Assembly (NCBI RefSeq): GCF_009914755.1
Contig: NC_060927.1
DNA: 64,000 nt
Direction: 5' to 3' (one strand)
Source of the DNA: the human T2T-CHM13v2.0 reference genome, Homo sapiens
The notes beneath the pieces were generated by a model. That model had not been told where the DNA came from and did not search any database. It saw only the letters and a list, made by a program, of their open reading frames with translations. Position numbers and translations under genes: made by a program. Below are positions 18,170 to 38,025 of the stretch, in pieces (position 1 is the first letter of the stretch; every line of letters starts with the position of its first letter).

Positions 18170-18315
18170 GTATTCCAGTGATAAAAAGTAATGCTGCTTT
18201 TATGTGATTGATCTGGGTAGTAGCTACATGGGTATTCACTTTATACTCATTCATTAAACTGTATATATGTGTTTTGTGTACTTTTGTGTATGATATAGTC
18301 TGCAAAAAAAAAGAA
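18170..18315 (+). mobile_element. Old L1M 3'UTR fragment
   Basis: TTGATCTGGGTAGTAGCTACATGGGTATTCACTTT..TAAACTGTATATAT then A-run. Confidence 0.65.
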
Positions 18316-18442
18316 CAAAAGGTATAAATGTTCATTGTAGGAAATCAGAAAAGGAGGTTTAAAATCTCCCATAATCCCATCAGAGGAAACTACTATTAAT
18401 TTGACACCTTCCTTTCTTAGTTTTTATAAAATTGGAATTATC

Positions 18443-18744
<302 letters not shown>

Positions 18745-21273
18745 TCACATTTTCCACATTTTGTATCTTTTTCTTAAACTCAGCATATCATGTTTTCATA
18801 CGGCATTAAAAATTCAACACTGCTTAATAAAGATAAACCTAGTTTTTTTAACCAATTCCCAACTGTTCGATGTTTAGGTTGTTTCTAAATTTATTTCCGA
18901 AAGGACCAGAGGGCCTTTATTTCTATTTCACAGAAAGTAACATCGTGTGGAGGCATGCCCTTGCTGCTGGTGTGCGGCAGAGCCAGGAGGAGACATGCCT
19001 CCCTGCACTTGGAGGCCTCATTCCCCTCCACACGCTGCTTTGCACTTCCTCTGATCACACGGGTTTAACTTGACAGATTAAAGGGAAAAACTGTGAAAGA
19101 CAATCTACCCCTGACCCTTTCCCATGAACTCTCTGCAATCCTAAATAGAGGAATGGTCGACCAAGTTCAAGGTTAAGATCAGGAAGCACAAGCTTCTCTG
19201 GTACCTGGCCTGCAGATGAAGGGGTACCAGTGCTGTCCGTGTGAGGTATACTGCTGGGCCCAAATAGTTACTTGGGAGGCCAGGGAAAGAGAATAAACTT
19301 TTCAAAAGTACAGAGTTGCAGGGTTCGAGGTTAGTAGAGAGGTTTTATAAATATTTACTGAACAAAACTCTGCCTGTTAACTGGCTGACACAGAGCAAGG
19401 TGTGGTTTTCCTTCCCACCCCCAGAGGTGGCTGGGAAAGTTGGTCTGACAAACCAGTGGGAAATGCTGCCCAGCCAAGATGGAACCAAGAGACGGCAAGA
19501 ATGCCTAAGATGATTCAGGAAATGAGTCCAACCGTCTTCTGTCTGTCCTCTTCCCTCAGCCCCCACAACTCCCACTTCTATTCACTGAAGCAGGAAACCA
19601 TAGAGAAGACACTCACAAACAAAACACTGGCTGCTGCAATGAGCGCCTGCAGTAGCTGGCCAAACAAACAGCTCTGGTCACAGTGCACAGCATAGCTGCT
19701 GCCCAACAGGTTGAAATATCACTCGCACCATTTCGTATTGTGAATGCCACTGGGTGGCAATAAAAATAATGAGCTGTGGGAAGGTTGTACATAAGAAAAA
19801 AAAAAAAAGTCCTAACCTTCCTCTGGTTTGGTGGGTGGTCTGAAAGTTTTCTTCTTGGCAAGGTCATGTCCACTTTTTCACACTCCTTGCTAACTGAAGT
19901 AGCCAAGAACCTAGGTTTGGGAAGACAACCTTTCTTCAGATAAAACCACAAGTAAACCAGACCAGACTTAAGAGAATCTACCTTATTATAAGGACCCCAG
20001 AGATAGTAATTCCAAAAGCTACTGAAAAGAAACAAAAATGTTTAGTTACTGTTTACTGGAAAATCTCCCCAACACATATATACAAATTCAATTCTAATCC
20101 CTGATTTTAAAAATAAGCCTGTTATACAGTCTGCCTGGCTTGACAAATTTGACTTGGGGGCACCTTGAGTGGGCGGAGGGCAATCAAAGTGATAGGAAGT
20201 GATGTCCCAGCGCCACTAAAGCCAAGACACCACCTAACTGCTCACAGCGACCATGGACATAAAAGCAGCTGGTTCCAAACAGCAGCATTCTCAAGGGCAG
20301 GGGCTCCCAGTGGCAGGGCAATTCACGTGAGCAACTCCATGTTCTCCCAGTAAAAGCAGGGACGGATCTACTTAACGATTATTTTCCTATGAGCAAAACC
20401 GTGGAGGCCACCATCCTAATTCAGAAGGACTGGCCTTTCTATCACTGGAACACGGGTCCAAACTGAATGTCTCTCGCTTCTGGATCAAAAAAGCCAGCTC
20501 TCACTAACAGGTAGGAGACACCATTTAACTTATAAGCTTTGTGTACCTTTATGAGGAAGATTATATATGAGGGCGGAGCAAAAGTGGGGACAAAGCCAAC
20601 AGGAAACATATATCATATTATGCAACCAAGATACCTATTTATAACTTTTATTAAACTTCCATTTAAATGGTAGATTCTTGAGCTAGGGATTCCTGTAGAA
20701 GTTATCGGAGCTATTATATAGCAAAAGAGAAAATGCTCTTATGTTTGGAAGCAGGACCAGAAAAAGATCTCTTTGCTGCTTTAAGCAAAGTTGTAAAAGT
20801 AGGTCTGTAAAGATCTAGGTATGCAAATGTGACCCTGCTAAATTTTGAGTGTGGGCTCTTTTTCATTCCTGGCCTGCCTTCTTCTGGAAGTGTGATTGGA
20901 CAAGAGGCAAAATCAAAAACAAAGGCAAAAACCAGGCAAAACAGAAAAATAAGCCAGAGACCTAGAAAACTCCAAAACGAACAATTTCCAAGTCACTAGG
21001 AGCTGAGGATAATTATCCATCTACATATCAATGGAATTACTATGTTTTAACTTTCTAGGATCTTTGTTCTTCCTAAATTATCCACTTTCAGCTTCTAACT
21101 TAACAATTTATAAATAGCTACCGTTTTACTGCTATGAAGAAATTTAGATTTTTAAGATGTTAACATATTTTAAAGCTCTGAAAACTGGTAACGCTACGAT
21201 TTATCACTTTTTCTCACTATCCTTATGTTATGGTACTGTCACCAACCCTGGACTTTAAAGTCTTTGGTATTTA

Positions 21274-22140
<867 letters not shown>

Positions 22141-22808
22141 ACCTATCACTTTTTAAAGGGCTCCCATTTAGACTACCTTCACAGGAGCAAAGAGGTAGAG
22201 GAAGGAACTGGGGGGTTACATAATGGATACACTACTAGGTATGCGATATACTGCCTGCCTGTACTCAGTGTGTCAGTGAACAAGTACTACTGTGTCTTAA
22301 TATCAGAAGTAGCAACTGGAAAATAGAAAAATATGCCACAAAGCCTGCTGCTATTCCTATTGTGGGAAGTCAAACAGCAACCTTTTCAAACTTCAATTTT
22401 CTTTCCCTCCAGTAATAGGTTACATAGAAGTTCTCCTCCAAGTTTTAGAATGTACTTCTAAAAATTCCCAACCAGCAAATTGTAGACCAGCAGTAGAAAC
22501 TGCTAAGGCATAATATATAACAATCATTATAGACTGAATTCTTCGACTCTTGATTTAGAATATACCAACTGCCATCTCACCCTACCCAAACAGCCTGCAC
22601 GGTGGCAACCCTGTCCCAGAAAATCTGGCTGTCCCCACAGCATTCAAAAGTCACCCTGGTAAGTCTCATTTTGCAAAATCTGTTCCCCAAGTTCCTGACA
22701 CAAAGAACTCCAATGCCATTGATAACCTCAGAAATTCTACAAGGTCCCCTTATCAGCCATTAAAATTGTTTTAAAGTAAAAATCATTTTACTTAAATTTA
22801 GTAATCTA

Positions 22809-23168
<360 letters not shown>

Positions 23169-23942
23169 TTAACCTACACATATACATGTCAAGGCTCTGT
23201 TGTAAAGGATAATTGTCTACTAGTTTATTTATCAGGCTCCTGGCCTTAAAGATAAATGTCTAGAGGCAGAAAAAAACTGAGAAGTTGGGGTCATCACTTG
23301 AAGATTCAACTCACTTAGAGGAATTAAAATACACAATCAATTGTTGATTAGACAGTAACAATTATAATGAATGCTAAAGTCCAAGTTCAAACAAGCAATT
23401 AAAGTTGATACAAGAAGTATAAACAATTCATGAATGAGCTAATTGCTCTTCTGAGTAGGAACTGGCCTCTAGTCCTCACACTGTGTCAGTCTATCCCCAA
23501 ATCTATCCCTGAATCTCTCTGGTAACTCCCATGACATTTCCTCCCAGGTGCAGCAGCACTAATATAAGCTTCTCTTTTCTGGACATAACTTCTTCCGCTG
23601 GGTAATTTTGAGAAAAAACTTGTTTTACTACCCAGTGTAAAAAGTTAAATAGGACCTGCAATCAGACTTGGAATTAGCCAGGATATGATCTCTCATTGAA
23701 AGGCACTATTTCAATTAACAAAGTTGCAGTGTGTTAAAAAACGTCCTTGACACCAAGCCAAGAGCATGAATTAGGTTGGCCCAGAAAGAAATGAGCCTGT
23801 GCCTGAGAAAAATCAGGCAAACACACATCTTTAACAAAAATTAAAAGTACACCAAAAATACAATGATATCTGGGCATTTATCACCCACGCGGACTTACTG
23901 CAAGAATAGAAGCTCTTTGTAGGTAAGGACTATCTCCTAGCT

Positions 23943-24111
23943 CAGTTGTTTTGAACTTTAGCACACTTAAGAAGTCCCTGGAAGACTTGTTAACAAGCAA
24001 GTTGCAGGAACCACTTCCAGTATTTCTGGGTGAATCTGGGGTGGGGCCTTAGAATTTGCATTTCTAACAAGGTCCCCATTGACAGTGAGAGGACCACACT
24101 GAGAATCACTG
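23943..24111. mobile_element. MER5A (hAT-Charlie MITE)
   Basis: TCTGGGGTGGGGCC..AGAATTTGCATTTCTAACAAG..GAGAATCACTG; 8-bp TSD TCCT(A/G)GCT. Confidence 0.85.
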
Positions 24112-24831
24112 TCCTGGCTTATCTATTATGTAGTGTGAACAAAGGTCAGAGAATGCTTACCTTTCTGTGGGGAACATCCCCTCCAAGGCACTGGAAAGCC
24201 GCATTGTGAAAGGATCCTTCAGGAAATGCCCCATTTTGCCTTGACACTGGGAATTTATTATCTGTTGATCTTTAATCTATAAATTATAAACCTCTCTAGA
24301 CATTGACACCTTCCAAAGAAAGGAGAGAAACTCCCCTAGCCTAGGAACCATCTCGCCTGGAATAACACTTGTCCCATCCCCTAGAGGTACAAATTCTAGA
24401 GTAAGACACACCTGAGTATCTAAAGCTCTCAGCCAGAATTCATAGAAAACTCAGTAAACATCAAGGCTATCATGCCTGGTCCTTGCTAAGGACTTCTACA
24501 GTTCTCTACGTAGATCACTTGTAATCCAGGAACTCTTCCTCCACAAACTCCTACCTATCCAAGATTTCTCAACAAGATGTCAAGACAAGACAGAAAGGCT
24601 TCTCTTGGGAAAAGATTACGTGCAATCCTCTGGGATTTCTTTGTCTTCCTGTATCCCTGTCTCTGCTCCAATCCAGACCCCCCTCATATACTGTCATAGC
24701 CCCTTCACCTGTGTACTTTTACTCAAGTTCAAAAATGTCTTTCAGAACCAGGATAGGTGCCAGCCATCATAAATCAGCCAAAGATAAGCAAACCGTCACA
24801 CCACTTGAACACGTGTTTCCTCTGAAATTTA

Positions 24832-25128
<297 letters not shown>

Positions 25129-25232
25129 TTGCTTCAAGTAACATTATAAAATCATACATATAGAAATTAGAAAATTAAGATATTAGTGATTCTATCACCC
25201 AATGATAACCACTGTTAATAATCTAATGAAGG

Positions 25233-25603
25233 GGTCGGGTGTGGTGGCTCATGCCTGTAATCCCAGCACTTTGGGAGGCCGAGGCAGGCAGATCACCTGA
25301 GGTCGGGAGTTCGAGACCAGCCTGACCAACATGGTAAAACCCCATCTCTACTAAAAACATAAAAATTAGCCAGGCATGGTGGCGCACGCCTGTAATTCCA
25401 GGTACTCAGGAGGCTGAGGCAGGAGAATTGCTACTAGAATTCTCCTGCTGAGGCAGGAGAATTGCTACTAGTATTCTCCTGCTGAGGCAGGAGAATTGCT
25501 TGAGGCAGGAGACGGAGGTTGTGGTAAGCCAAGATCACGCCATCGCACTCCAGCCTGAGCAACAAGAGGGAAACTCCATCTCAAAAAAAAGAAAAGAAAG
25601 AAA
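25233..25603 (+). mobile_element. AluSp/Sq-like with internal 34-bp fold-back tandem repeat
   Basis: Alu dimer; repeat at 25414-25512. Confidence 0.93.
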
Positions 25604-25619
25604 CATAATCTGATGAAGA

Positions 25620-25924
<305 letters not shown>

Positions 25925-26530
25925 ATAATCTGATGAATGCTATTAGTTGTGTAGGTATTTATGAAAATGGGACCATACTGTTTATTACTCTTCTGCAATC
26001 TTCTTCACTTAGTATATTGTACAAGTCTTTATATATTCTTCTACAACATTAATTTTAGTGGCTACAAAGGGTTTCATGGCATAGGTGGACAATAATTTCC
26101 TTAACTCCTTGGAGTCTTTCCTCTCTCGCACATGTTATGTCTACTTAGGGTCCAGCACAATGACACATCCATTTACAACCCCTACACTCCATCACTAGGC
26201 CATGTGCAGGAACAGGCCATTGCAGGAGTAGAATCATTGGATGATAAAGCTAGAGGAATTATTACCTAATAAATTTGTGAACAGACTTTCTTAATCAGAG
26301 AAAAAAACATTTAAATTACTTAAAAAGCATTTCTCTTCATTTCTTCACACTGTAATATTAGGTAGCAGGTGGTCCATAAAGCCATTCTCTTTTATACTCC
26401 AATACAGCTGAAACATTTCCCCCTAATTTTGTTTTAATGGGAAATTTAATTGTCAATGAAATTAAATACAACCTGAGTACACTTTACACACATTCCCCAG
26501 GGCCTAAAGGTAGTAAGAGCATAATTTTAA

Positions 26531-26855
<325 letters not shown>

Positions 26856-27663
26856 TAAGTAAGAGGGAGAAGTAAGACATACAAATTATTTACTATGTTT
26901 TCATTCACAACAGAGAGAATGCAGGGGGCTGAGGGTGGTAGTAGGGGAGACAAATCTAAGCCTTACAAGATACATTTTAATTAGTTAATATTGTTAAAGA
27001 ATCAAAGACCTTGTGTGAGATCAAGTTCAAATCTTTCCATTTTACGCTGTGCTTCTCAAAGGATTCTCATAAAACCAACTACTGTGAGTGTCAGAATTAC
27101 CTTTCCAATACCAAGCATTCACCTCTAGAAACACATACAATTGTGGCCTCCACTGCTTTCTCTGGTGTTAGAGGTGATATAACTCCTGGGAACTGTACTT
27201 GCGGAACGGGGTGCTCTCTGCCTGTAAGGAAACCTTCTGCCCCCTCTACTCAGCCCCTCCAAGTCTGTGTCTTCTGCTTCTCGTTTCTCACCTCAAAGCA
27301 TGTGGTCTTTCATCTTGGGAGAACCAACGTTACAGGGAAAGATGCAGAAAAGATGATATATGACATACAGGGAAAAAATCAACTCATATATCCCTGTGAA
27401 ATATTATTTATCACTTCCCAAAACAAGTCATACCTGGGGTGGCCGAGTCTGCCTCTGTGTCACACGAAGATAAGGCAACTGCGCAATCCAAAGAGACCAG
27501 CAGGCCACAGCCATCACTTCCTGCGGCTAAGTAGACATTTCCTCTTGATGTCCCAGTATCTCAAATTTAAAATCTCTTCAAACCCACCTCCCCCTTCTGA
27601 TTTCCATTTACATTTAATAAAACAATAGCAGCATCCTTCTCCCAAGATCTGCATTTCAGGATC

Positions 27664-30350
<2,687 letters not shown>

Positions 30351-30628
30351 GGATCACTGAATGATCTTTGATTATTCCTCTTACCTTTGCCAGGCTTCAA
30401 TATCCAGTCACTAACTCAACAAATCATGTTTCTTCTCTCTGCACAATATTTCTCCCATCTGCCTCTTTTTTTTTGGCTTCCTCAACCAATATCCTAGTTC
30501 AGGCTCTTATTACCCAACACCTAAACATATCTATAAGCTCTTAACTGGCCTCCCATACACATCAATCCATTCCATCTATGGCCACGTGTTTTGATAATCT
30601 TTCTCTGCTGATCAGAAACTCAGGAGGT

Positions 30629-30921
30629 GGCCGGGCGTGGTGGCTCATGCCTGTAATCCGACACTTTAGAAGGCTGAGGTGGGAAGATTGCTTGAGTCCA
30701 GGAGTTTGAGACCAGTTTGGGAAACACAGCAAAACTCCATCTCTACAAAATTAAAACAAAAATTAGCCAGGCATGGTGGTGAGCATCTGTAGTCTTAGCT
30801 AGTCTAGAGACTGAGGTGGGAAGGTGAGCCCAGGAGTTTGAAGTTTACTAATCTATGATCACACCACTGAACTCCAGTCTAGGCAACAGAGTGAGATCCT
30901 GTCTCTAAATAAATAAATAAA
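30629..30921 (+). mobile_element. AluJ
   Basis: TSD AGAAACTCAGGAG. Confidence 0.93.
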
Positions 30922-31396
30922 AGAAACTCAGGAGACTACAGAATAAAATCTTAATGTGTTCTTCCAACACTCACGATACTCCATGGTTCTAGCCGTATCT
31001 CTATCCTAGCAAAAGTGGTCTTTTCTACTCCTGGGACACATTATGCACACTTGTGTTTCCAAATTACCCTTGAAACCTTTTCCTGCACTTTGAATCACCT
31101 TCCAACTCTTCTCCTCTTCCTTGAATTCTATTTATACCTGAGTGTTCAGCTCAAATCCAACCTCTTCTACAAAGCCATCAGAAAAGCTACTAAGCACTTG
31201 CCTCTGCATTCTCATTCATTCAAAAAGTATTTACCTACTAACTTCCTATGATGTGCAAGGCACCAAGTTAGTTGCTGAGTAGAAAATGGTGAAAAAAACT
31301 CCACACAAACAGGGTTGTTGTTTTTATATTTTCCTTTCTCCATGAGTCATATCTGTACCAATTAAGTATAGCCCTTGGAGAGACTATATCTCATAC

Positions 31397-31697
31397 TTTT
31401 TTTTTTTTTTTTTTTTTTGAGACAGAGTTTTGCTCTGTCACCCAGCCTGGAGTGCAGTGGCACGATCATGGCTCACTGCAGCCCTGACTTCCCGGGTTCA
31501 GGTGATTTTTCCCACTTTATCCTCCCAAGTAGCTGGACTACAGGTGTGTGCCACCACTTCTGGCTAATTTTTGTATTTTTTGTAGAGATGGGGTTTCGCC
31601 ATGTTGCCCAGGCTGGTCTCAAACTCCTAGCCTTAAATGATCCACCCATGGTCTCTCGAAGTGCCGAGATTACAGATATAAGCCACTGTACCTAGCC
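31397..31697 (-). mobile_element. AluJ
   Basis: Antisense dimer, CACGATCATGGCTCACTGCAGCC. Confidence 0.93.
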
Positions 31698-32274
31698 TAT
31701 AGCTCATGTATTTTTAAAAAATCTTTCAAAGCTCCACTCCTAGTATAGTGCCAGGCACATAGCAAATGCTCAGTAAATGATTGCTGATTGATTTCTGATT
31801 GGTGGTTACAGATCCAGTCTATCCACACACATACCTCTGACCTGCCCGTGACAGCAGCTATTTATATAGCCAAGTCAACTGGCTCATATCTGAAGAGACT
31901 AACCTTTATTAACACTATGCTCCAAAATCAACTGGGCCAACTGGCCACCTGACCAAGAACAATAATTGTCTTTTTCATAGAGAATGTGCCAGTTTGCCTT
32001 AGGCACTGAGAGCACTTTGTGAAACTCTGATCACAACAGGACAAGGTGTACTTCTGAATGGCAACAGGAGATGATATAGGCAGTCTCTGCCTTCATACGT
32101 TCATGCAACAAAACATGGGTACTGTCAAAGAGTCCCACTCAATTAATGCCTTAGAGACTTATAACCATCTCATCTCATATAGCCTTAGGAGGTATGCAAA
32201 ATGCCTGTCAAGCATCCAAAGTGTATATCAATTAAGCAAATATTTACCAAACACCAAGAAGAGACAACACCCAA

Positions 32275-32500
32275 GAGAAAGCACAGGCTTCGGAACTAAG
32301 AAAACCTGGGTCTGACTGCTGGATTTAGCACTAGTTATGTGGAGAGACGTCTGATCTTGCTCAGCTTTGGTTTCCTTCTCTGTAAAACAAGGACAGGACC
32401 ACCTACCTCACAGGGTTTGCTTTGAGGATTAAATGAGATAATGCATGTAAAGTACATGGCACGGAGTAGATGTTCAGTAAGTGGTAAGCTGTTGCTATTG
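32275..32500 (+). mobile_element. MIR
   Basis: TCTGTAAAA..ACCTACCTCACAGGG..TGAGGATTAAATGAGATAATGCATGTAAAG. Confidence 0.8.
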
Positions 32501-33774
32501 CTGAAGGAGAAGGTAAACAGGCAGTAGTGATATCTGTAATGTTGGGCACTGTGTTAGCACTGCTGCATATCCAGCAAGACAATCTCAAGGCAGACCTTTC
32601 GGGAGAGAGAAAAATAAGAGAGGGAGACATAAAACTATCTTATGCCTTAGAACACGTATCTATCACTAAAGGCTAGGTAATGTGGAAACTCAGATGTTTC
32701 ACTGACATCATAAGCAACATTATCCCAAAGCATTTAAATACAATACTCATCTCCAACCACCCTCGTGTCATGGTCACTTGTTGCTTTCAGCAATTCAAAC
32801 TGCTTGGGGTGATAGAGCTCCACGGTAGGAGATTTAACTGCAGTCCTTTACCTTGAGATAAACAGCTTGTAAACTCCTAGAAGGCCACTACTGCTTTTAA
32901 AACCAATGTTTGTTCTTTAGGTAAGGTAATGCTGAGAATCCAAAACCAGTGTAAGAATTCAGCTCCCATGCAGGCCACTGTGAGGGGGACACACCTAGTA
33001 GACACACAAATGTTTGCTGAACACAAGAATGAGTTTCAGTTACAATGGAACTCTGTATCCAATGTAATATAACACCTGGGATACCAATGCAATACATGTT
33101 ACTATGAATAAGAGTGCCAGTCTTCACAATCAGAGAAGGAAATGGAGCAAATACAAATGCCCAGTTTCCATCTCTCCTGAGAACAAAGAGAAACGGAAAA
33201 AAAGTATTGAACCAGAAGCTGGCATTCACTCTCAAACATGTACTACTGTCTGCTCTACCCATTTCTGTCCAGTCTTAAAGGTGTATGTGCATAGATTAGT
33301 TGAATGTGTTTCAAGTTCATAAAGGAAGTCAAGGAAAAATGCCATTCTTTAGCACCTTGCTAAAATATATAGCCTCTGTAAGATGACACTAAATGTAAGT
33401 ATTCAGCACTCACATCTTACTGAAGAGAAAGGAGAATCAGGAGAAAATGAACTGTAAAGGGCGAAACTACGCTTAAGAGGTAAGAGTCCAGCATTCTCTG
33501 CCTTTCTGTTAAGAGTGGCAACCATCCCTTCCACAGCCCCATGCAGCAGTATCTGAGAAGCACACGGAAGGCTGAAAAAGCTGTGGATGACCTTACTAGA
33601 ATTTCATGCTTACTTATACATGTGACTTAGAGCCAGCACCCAGGCTTCCAATCTCTCAGAAGTCGCCCATAAATCAGCCAATGAGACAAGTGCTGCAAAT
33701 AGCATAATTTCTCATGAGCAAGGACTCTGGCTATGTTGCTAGATCTTTCTGTAGTTAACAGCGAAAGATAATAT

Positions 33775-34100
33775 CCATTTTAACATTTTATTATGAAGAT
33801 TTTGAACTTACACAAAAGTAGACAGATGTGATGAACCCGGCTTTAACAGTTACCAACATATGACAAATTTTGTTTCATCTATACCATACCCACCGGATTA
33901 TTTTAAACTGAAACCCAGGTATCATAGTATTTTATTTATAAATACTTCAGTATATAAAAGATAAGGATTTTTTTAAAAATCACAATACCATTACCAAACA
34001 TTAACAATGAAAAGCCATTTCCTTATACTAGCAAATATGTCCTTACAATGTTCAAATGTCCCCAATTGTCTTATAATCCCATCCTCTTTTTACAGTTAGC
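33775..34100 (-). mobile_element. Old L1M 3'UTR fragment
   Basis: TTTTATTATGAAGATTTTGAACTTACACAAAAGTAGA..AAATACTTCAGTAT; ends approximate. Confidence 0.55.
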
Positions 34101-34307
34101 CAATAACTGAATGTTCACAATGGAAAGAAACTTAGGGACTGCACATTTCAGTTTCTACCCACTATGACCCAAACTCCCTCACAGCAGTGCCTCGGTTATG
34201 ACACGTCCCCTGAGAAGTGTGCATTTTGTGGAAGACAAGAATATTAGACTCATCAGTTTTTTTTTCCCTTCAGTATGTTACTCTCTTTTGTAATTGCATA
34301 CTTAAGA

Positions 34308-34565
34308 TTTTTTAACAGCTTTATTGAGATGTAATTCACATCACAAAACTCACCCATTTAAAGTGTACAGTTCAATGATTTCTAGCATATTCACAAAGCT
34401 GTGCAGTGATCCCCACTATTTAACTTCTGAACATTTCTATTAACCCAAAAAGAAACTCTGTACCCATGAGCAGTCTCTCCCTCACCAGCCTCGCCCCTTC
34501 CCGGCCCCTGGCAACCACCAGCTGGCTTTCTGCCTCTGTGGATTTTGCCTTTCCGGACATTCTTA
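34308..34565 (-). mobile_element. L1MB 3' end
   Basis: TTAACAGCTTTATTGAGATGTAATTCACA..TTAAAGTGTACAGTTCAATG..CCCTGGCAACCAC. Confidence 0.85.
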
Positions 34566-36041
34566 CTCCACTCTCACACTGTGTAAACTTGTTTGGGGGT
34601 CTGTCCTCCAACCCCCAGGTAAGGCAGTAACTTTCCTGGGAGATACGAGGAATATCTGGCCGGCATTCATGGAGTAAGATTCCCTAGCAGGCTCTCCTGG
34701 CTCCTCCCTAATCTGGGAGCAGAGGATCAGCTGTTTCTTTTTGCTATGGCTGTTAGAGAGTTCAGGCTTAAACTTGCTGCCCAACTTTAATAACTGTGTA
34801 GCATATTATCACATACATTTCTCTCACCAAATTTCCCTCTGTCCTCACTTTAGTATTCAACCTTAATTTTCCTTTTGTTTTGTTCATTTGCATTTTTCTT
34901 ATATTTTCTTATACTTCAAATATTTTGTACTTAAATACTTTTTTTTGAGGGGGGGAACCAGTAAAGAATGAATGCATAACATTTATCTTCAGACATTCTG
35001 GTACTATCTTATCATGTCTTAAAGCCCAGGAAAATATCATTTGATTATGATTATTTCTGATGATGGACACCTAGGCTGATATTCCCAAAAACATGGTGTT
35101 AGGCGCCAACGAAAGGATACAGAAGAAAAAGAAATGCCTCAAAGACGACTTGGGTGAGGATGTGTGAAATTTACTCCTGTACACACAAAAAAAGAGGTGT
35201 ATGTGTGGGGCAGGATCAGTGAAGGAAATGTTAGTGATTCAGCTTTAGTTTAGAGAACTAAACGTAACAGACTTGATGGTCAGGGGAAATAAACAAAAGG
35301 AAGAAAACAGACATGGAAGGTATCACTCCGGGGCCCTGGGCTGATGCCTCCATTAATATTACTGCATTCACTGTGAAGTGTACGTGTCAGCATCAGAGAA
35401 CAAGAACTACGGCTTCACTGCCAGGAGTGTGAAGAACCATCCCCATCCCAAGTGCTATTTAAGACATTTTACTGGGGGTACTGGTTGCTTTACTCTTGCC
35501 AAAAGAAAAATATCCTGTAAGGAGAAACATTAAAACCCAAGCTTTCTCCAGGAAAGACCTCACAGGCAGAGGATATTAATTCCTCCCCTGATAGAGTTCA
35601 ACAAAACTCTTCCTGCACCCCGGAATGCAATGATTAATCAACTAATCTGGACCCAAGCTTTGTTTATATGTTCCAACCCTAAACATTAATTGAAATATTT
35701 CCATTGCAACAAAAACACTTTGGTTAGGATTTAAACACCACTGCATAACAACATGCAAGTGTGCTTCAGAACGTGAAAGCACAATTTAGCAAAATAACAG
35801 TCCCTGCATTCGATCCAAGGGGGCACGGAGTGAAAAACGTGTTATTCTAGGGTCCGTGGTTACTTGACAGCTAGACCAAGTGACACGAATTTCCTTTCCC
35901 ATGTGATAAACTGCTGTAGATATTCTACCATGCTTTGTACTATTAGAAAAGCTTGCATAAAATTTTTTGCTTGTTAGTATTTGTTTTGTTAGTGTTGGGT
36001 GGTGTGGGTGTTAGGTTTTAGCATGTGAAAAAGAGACCCAA

Positions 36042-36624
<583 letters not shown>

Positions 36625-36917
36625 TTATACTGGCTGCAGTCTACTTCAGTTACTGCTCTAGGAAGAAGCAGCCTTCAAGAGGGGAGAAAAGTCTGGGCAA
36701 TTGAAGAGGCACAGATGAGTTTCTTAATAATAGCAAATGGATGAATTTTATCCAAGTGCTTTAAAGTACATTTAACACAGAACAATCTGCAGCAGCTATT
36801 CTCACCCCCACCAAAACCTCCCTTCCTCAAGATGAACCAATCTCCTGGTTTTTTCAACAATATGAGAAGAGCAAAATACTTACTTTTTATTTGTTAAGAA
36901 GGTTTATCTGCCTAGAA

Positions 36918-37143
36918 TGTGATTCTCAAGCCTGGATACAGGGGATCCCAAAACAGGGATTCATTAGAATCACCTGTATAGATGTTTTTTTGTTTTGTTT
37001 TGTTTTTAACAACAAAAAATAAAGCAGCTAAGCCCACCCAGAGATTCTAATTTAACTGGTCTGGGATTGGATCCAGGCACTGGTATTTTTTTTAAAAAAA
37101 CTTCCCAGTGATTCCAACATAAACCTGGGTTGAGAATCAATGG
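36918..37143. mobile_element. MER5-family MITE
   Basis: GTGATTCTCAA..TTAGAATCACCTG..CAGAGATTCTAATTTAACTGGTCTGGG..GGGTTGAGAATCAATG. Confidence 0.7.
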
Positions 37144-37459
37144 TCTGTACAAACACCTCCTCTTTCTACACCAAGTCCTATCTGTGGGGTTTCTGTTTTT
37201 GTTTTTTCCATTTTAAAATAAGCTTTTTCTCTCTTCAAGGCTGAATCTCCTCCATGTACTGTACCAAAATTACCCTACCTTAGTAGGTCCCTGGTCATGT
37301 AATTGTTCCTGACACTCCAAGGTTAAAGCATTTGTATTTCTCCTGCGACTTAAGCATTTATGGATATACTCAGCATTATATTCATAATGTAACCAGCATG
37401 TTTATGTTTGTTACTATGGTTTGTGCTTAAGTTACAAGCTTGTCTTATCTCCCTTGTTT

Positions 37460-38025
37460 GATTCAGCAGATGATTTTGGAATGCATATTATGTGAATGTC
37501 ACTGTGCTCAAGGCCTGTGGAGGCTACAAAAATGTAAAGCCATTCTTGTAGCTGTCAAGGAACTTAAAATCCAGAATGGAGATAAGACAGAAATAAATAA
37601 CACCACCATATAGAATATAAAATCTGTAACAGACAGCCAAGGTATACTAGACTACTCTCAGCTGCAGAACAAAGACATATATCAAAATGCTAACAGTGGT
37701 TATCTCCAGGAAGTGGGATTAAGAATGTTCTTTGTTTTTGCGTGTTTTTTTTAAGTCTTTTACAGGATGTATGTTATGGGAAACAGTCTCTAAAGAAGGA
37801 GAAATCTGTTTGAAGGATGGAAAGTTGACGGGTGGAGAAGGGGCATGAGCAAAGGCAAAGCACCAAATGTATTTGGTGACAGTGGGTAACTCCGTTCTGC
37901 TGCTGTTTCTTGGAGTGAGGGCAGAGAGAGAAGAGGGTGAGGTCAGAAGGATTGTAGCAGTATTGCCAAAACCTTGAATGTCATAGAGAGGATTTTTAAT
38001 TGGCAAATGGGAGCCACTAAAGGTT
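37460..38025 (-). mobile_element. L2 fragments with a small L1M-like insert
   Basis: ATTCAGCAGATG..CACTGTGCT..GGAACTTAAAATCCAG; GGGAGCCACTAAAGGTTTTTAA; ends approximate. Confidence 0.55.

Noticed and set aside
25414-25512. CRISPR-like palindromic direct repeats
   Set aside because: No unique spacers, Alu-derived, eukaryotic context, no cas genes.
27011-27628. Longest ORF (205 aa)
   Set aside because: TTG start, no recognisable domain or exon structure; one such ORF is plausible by chance in 64 kb across six frames.
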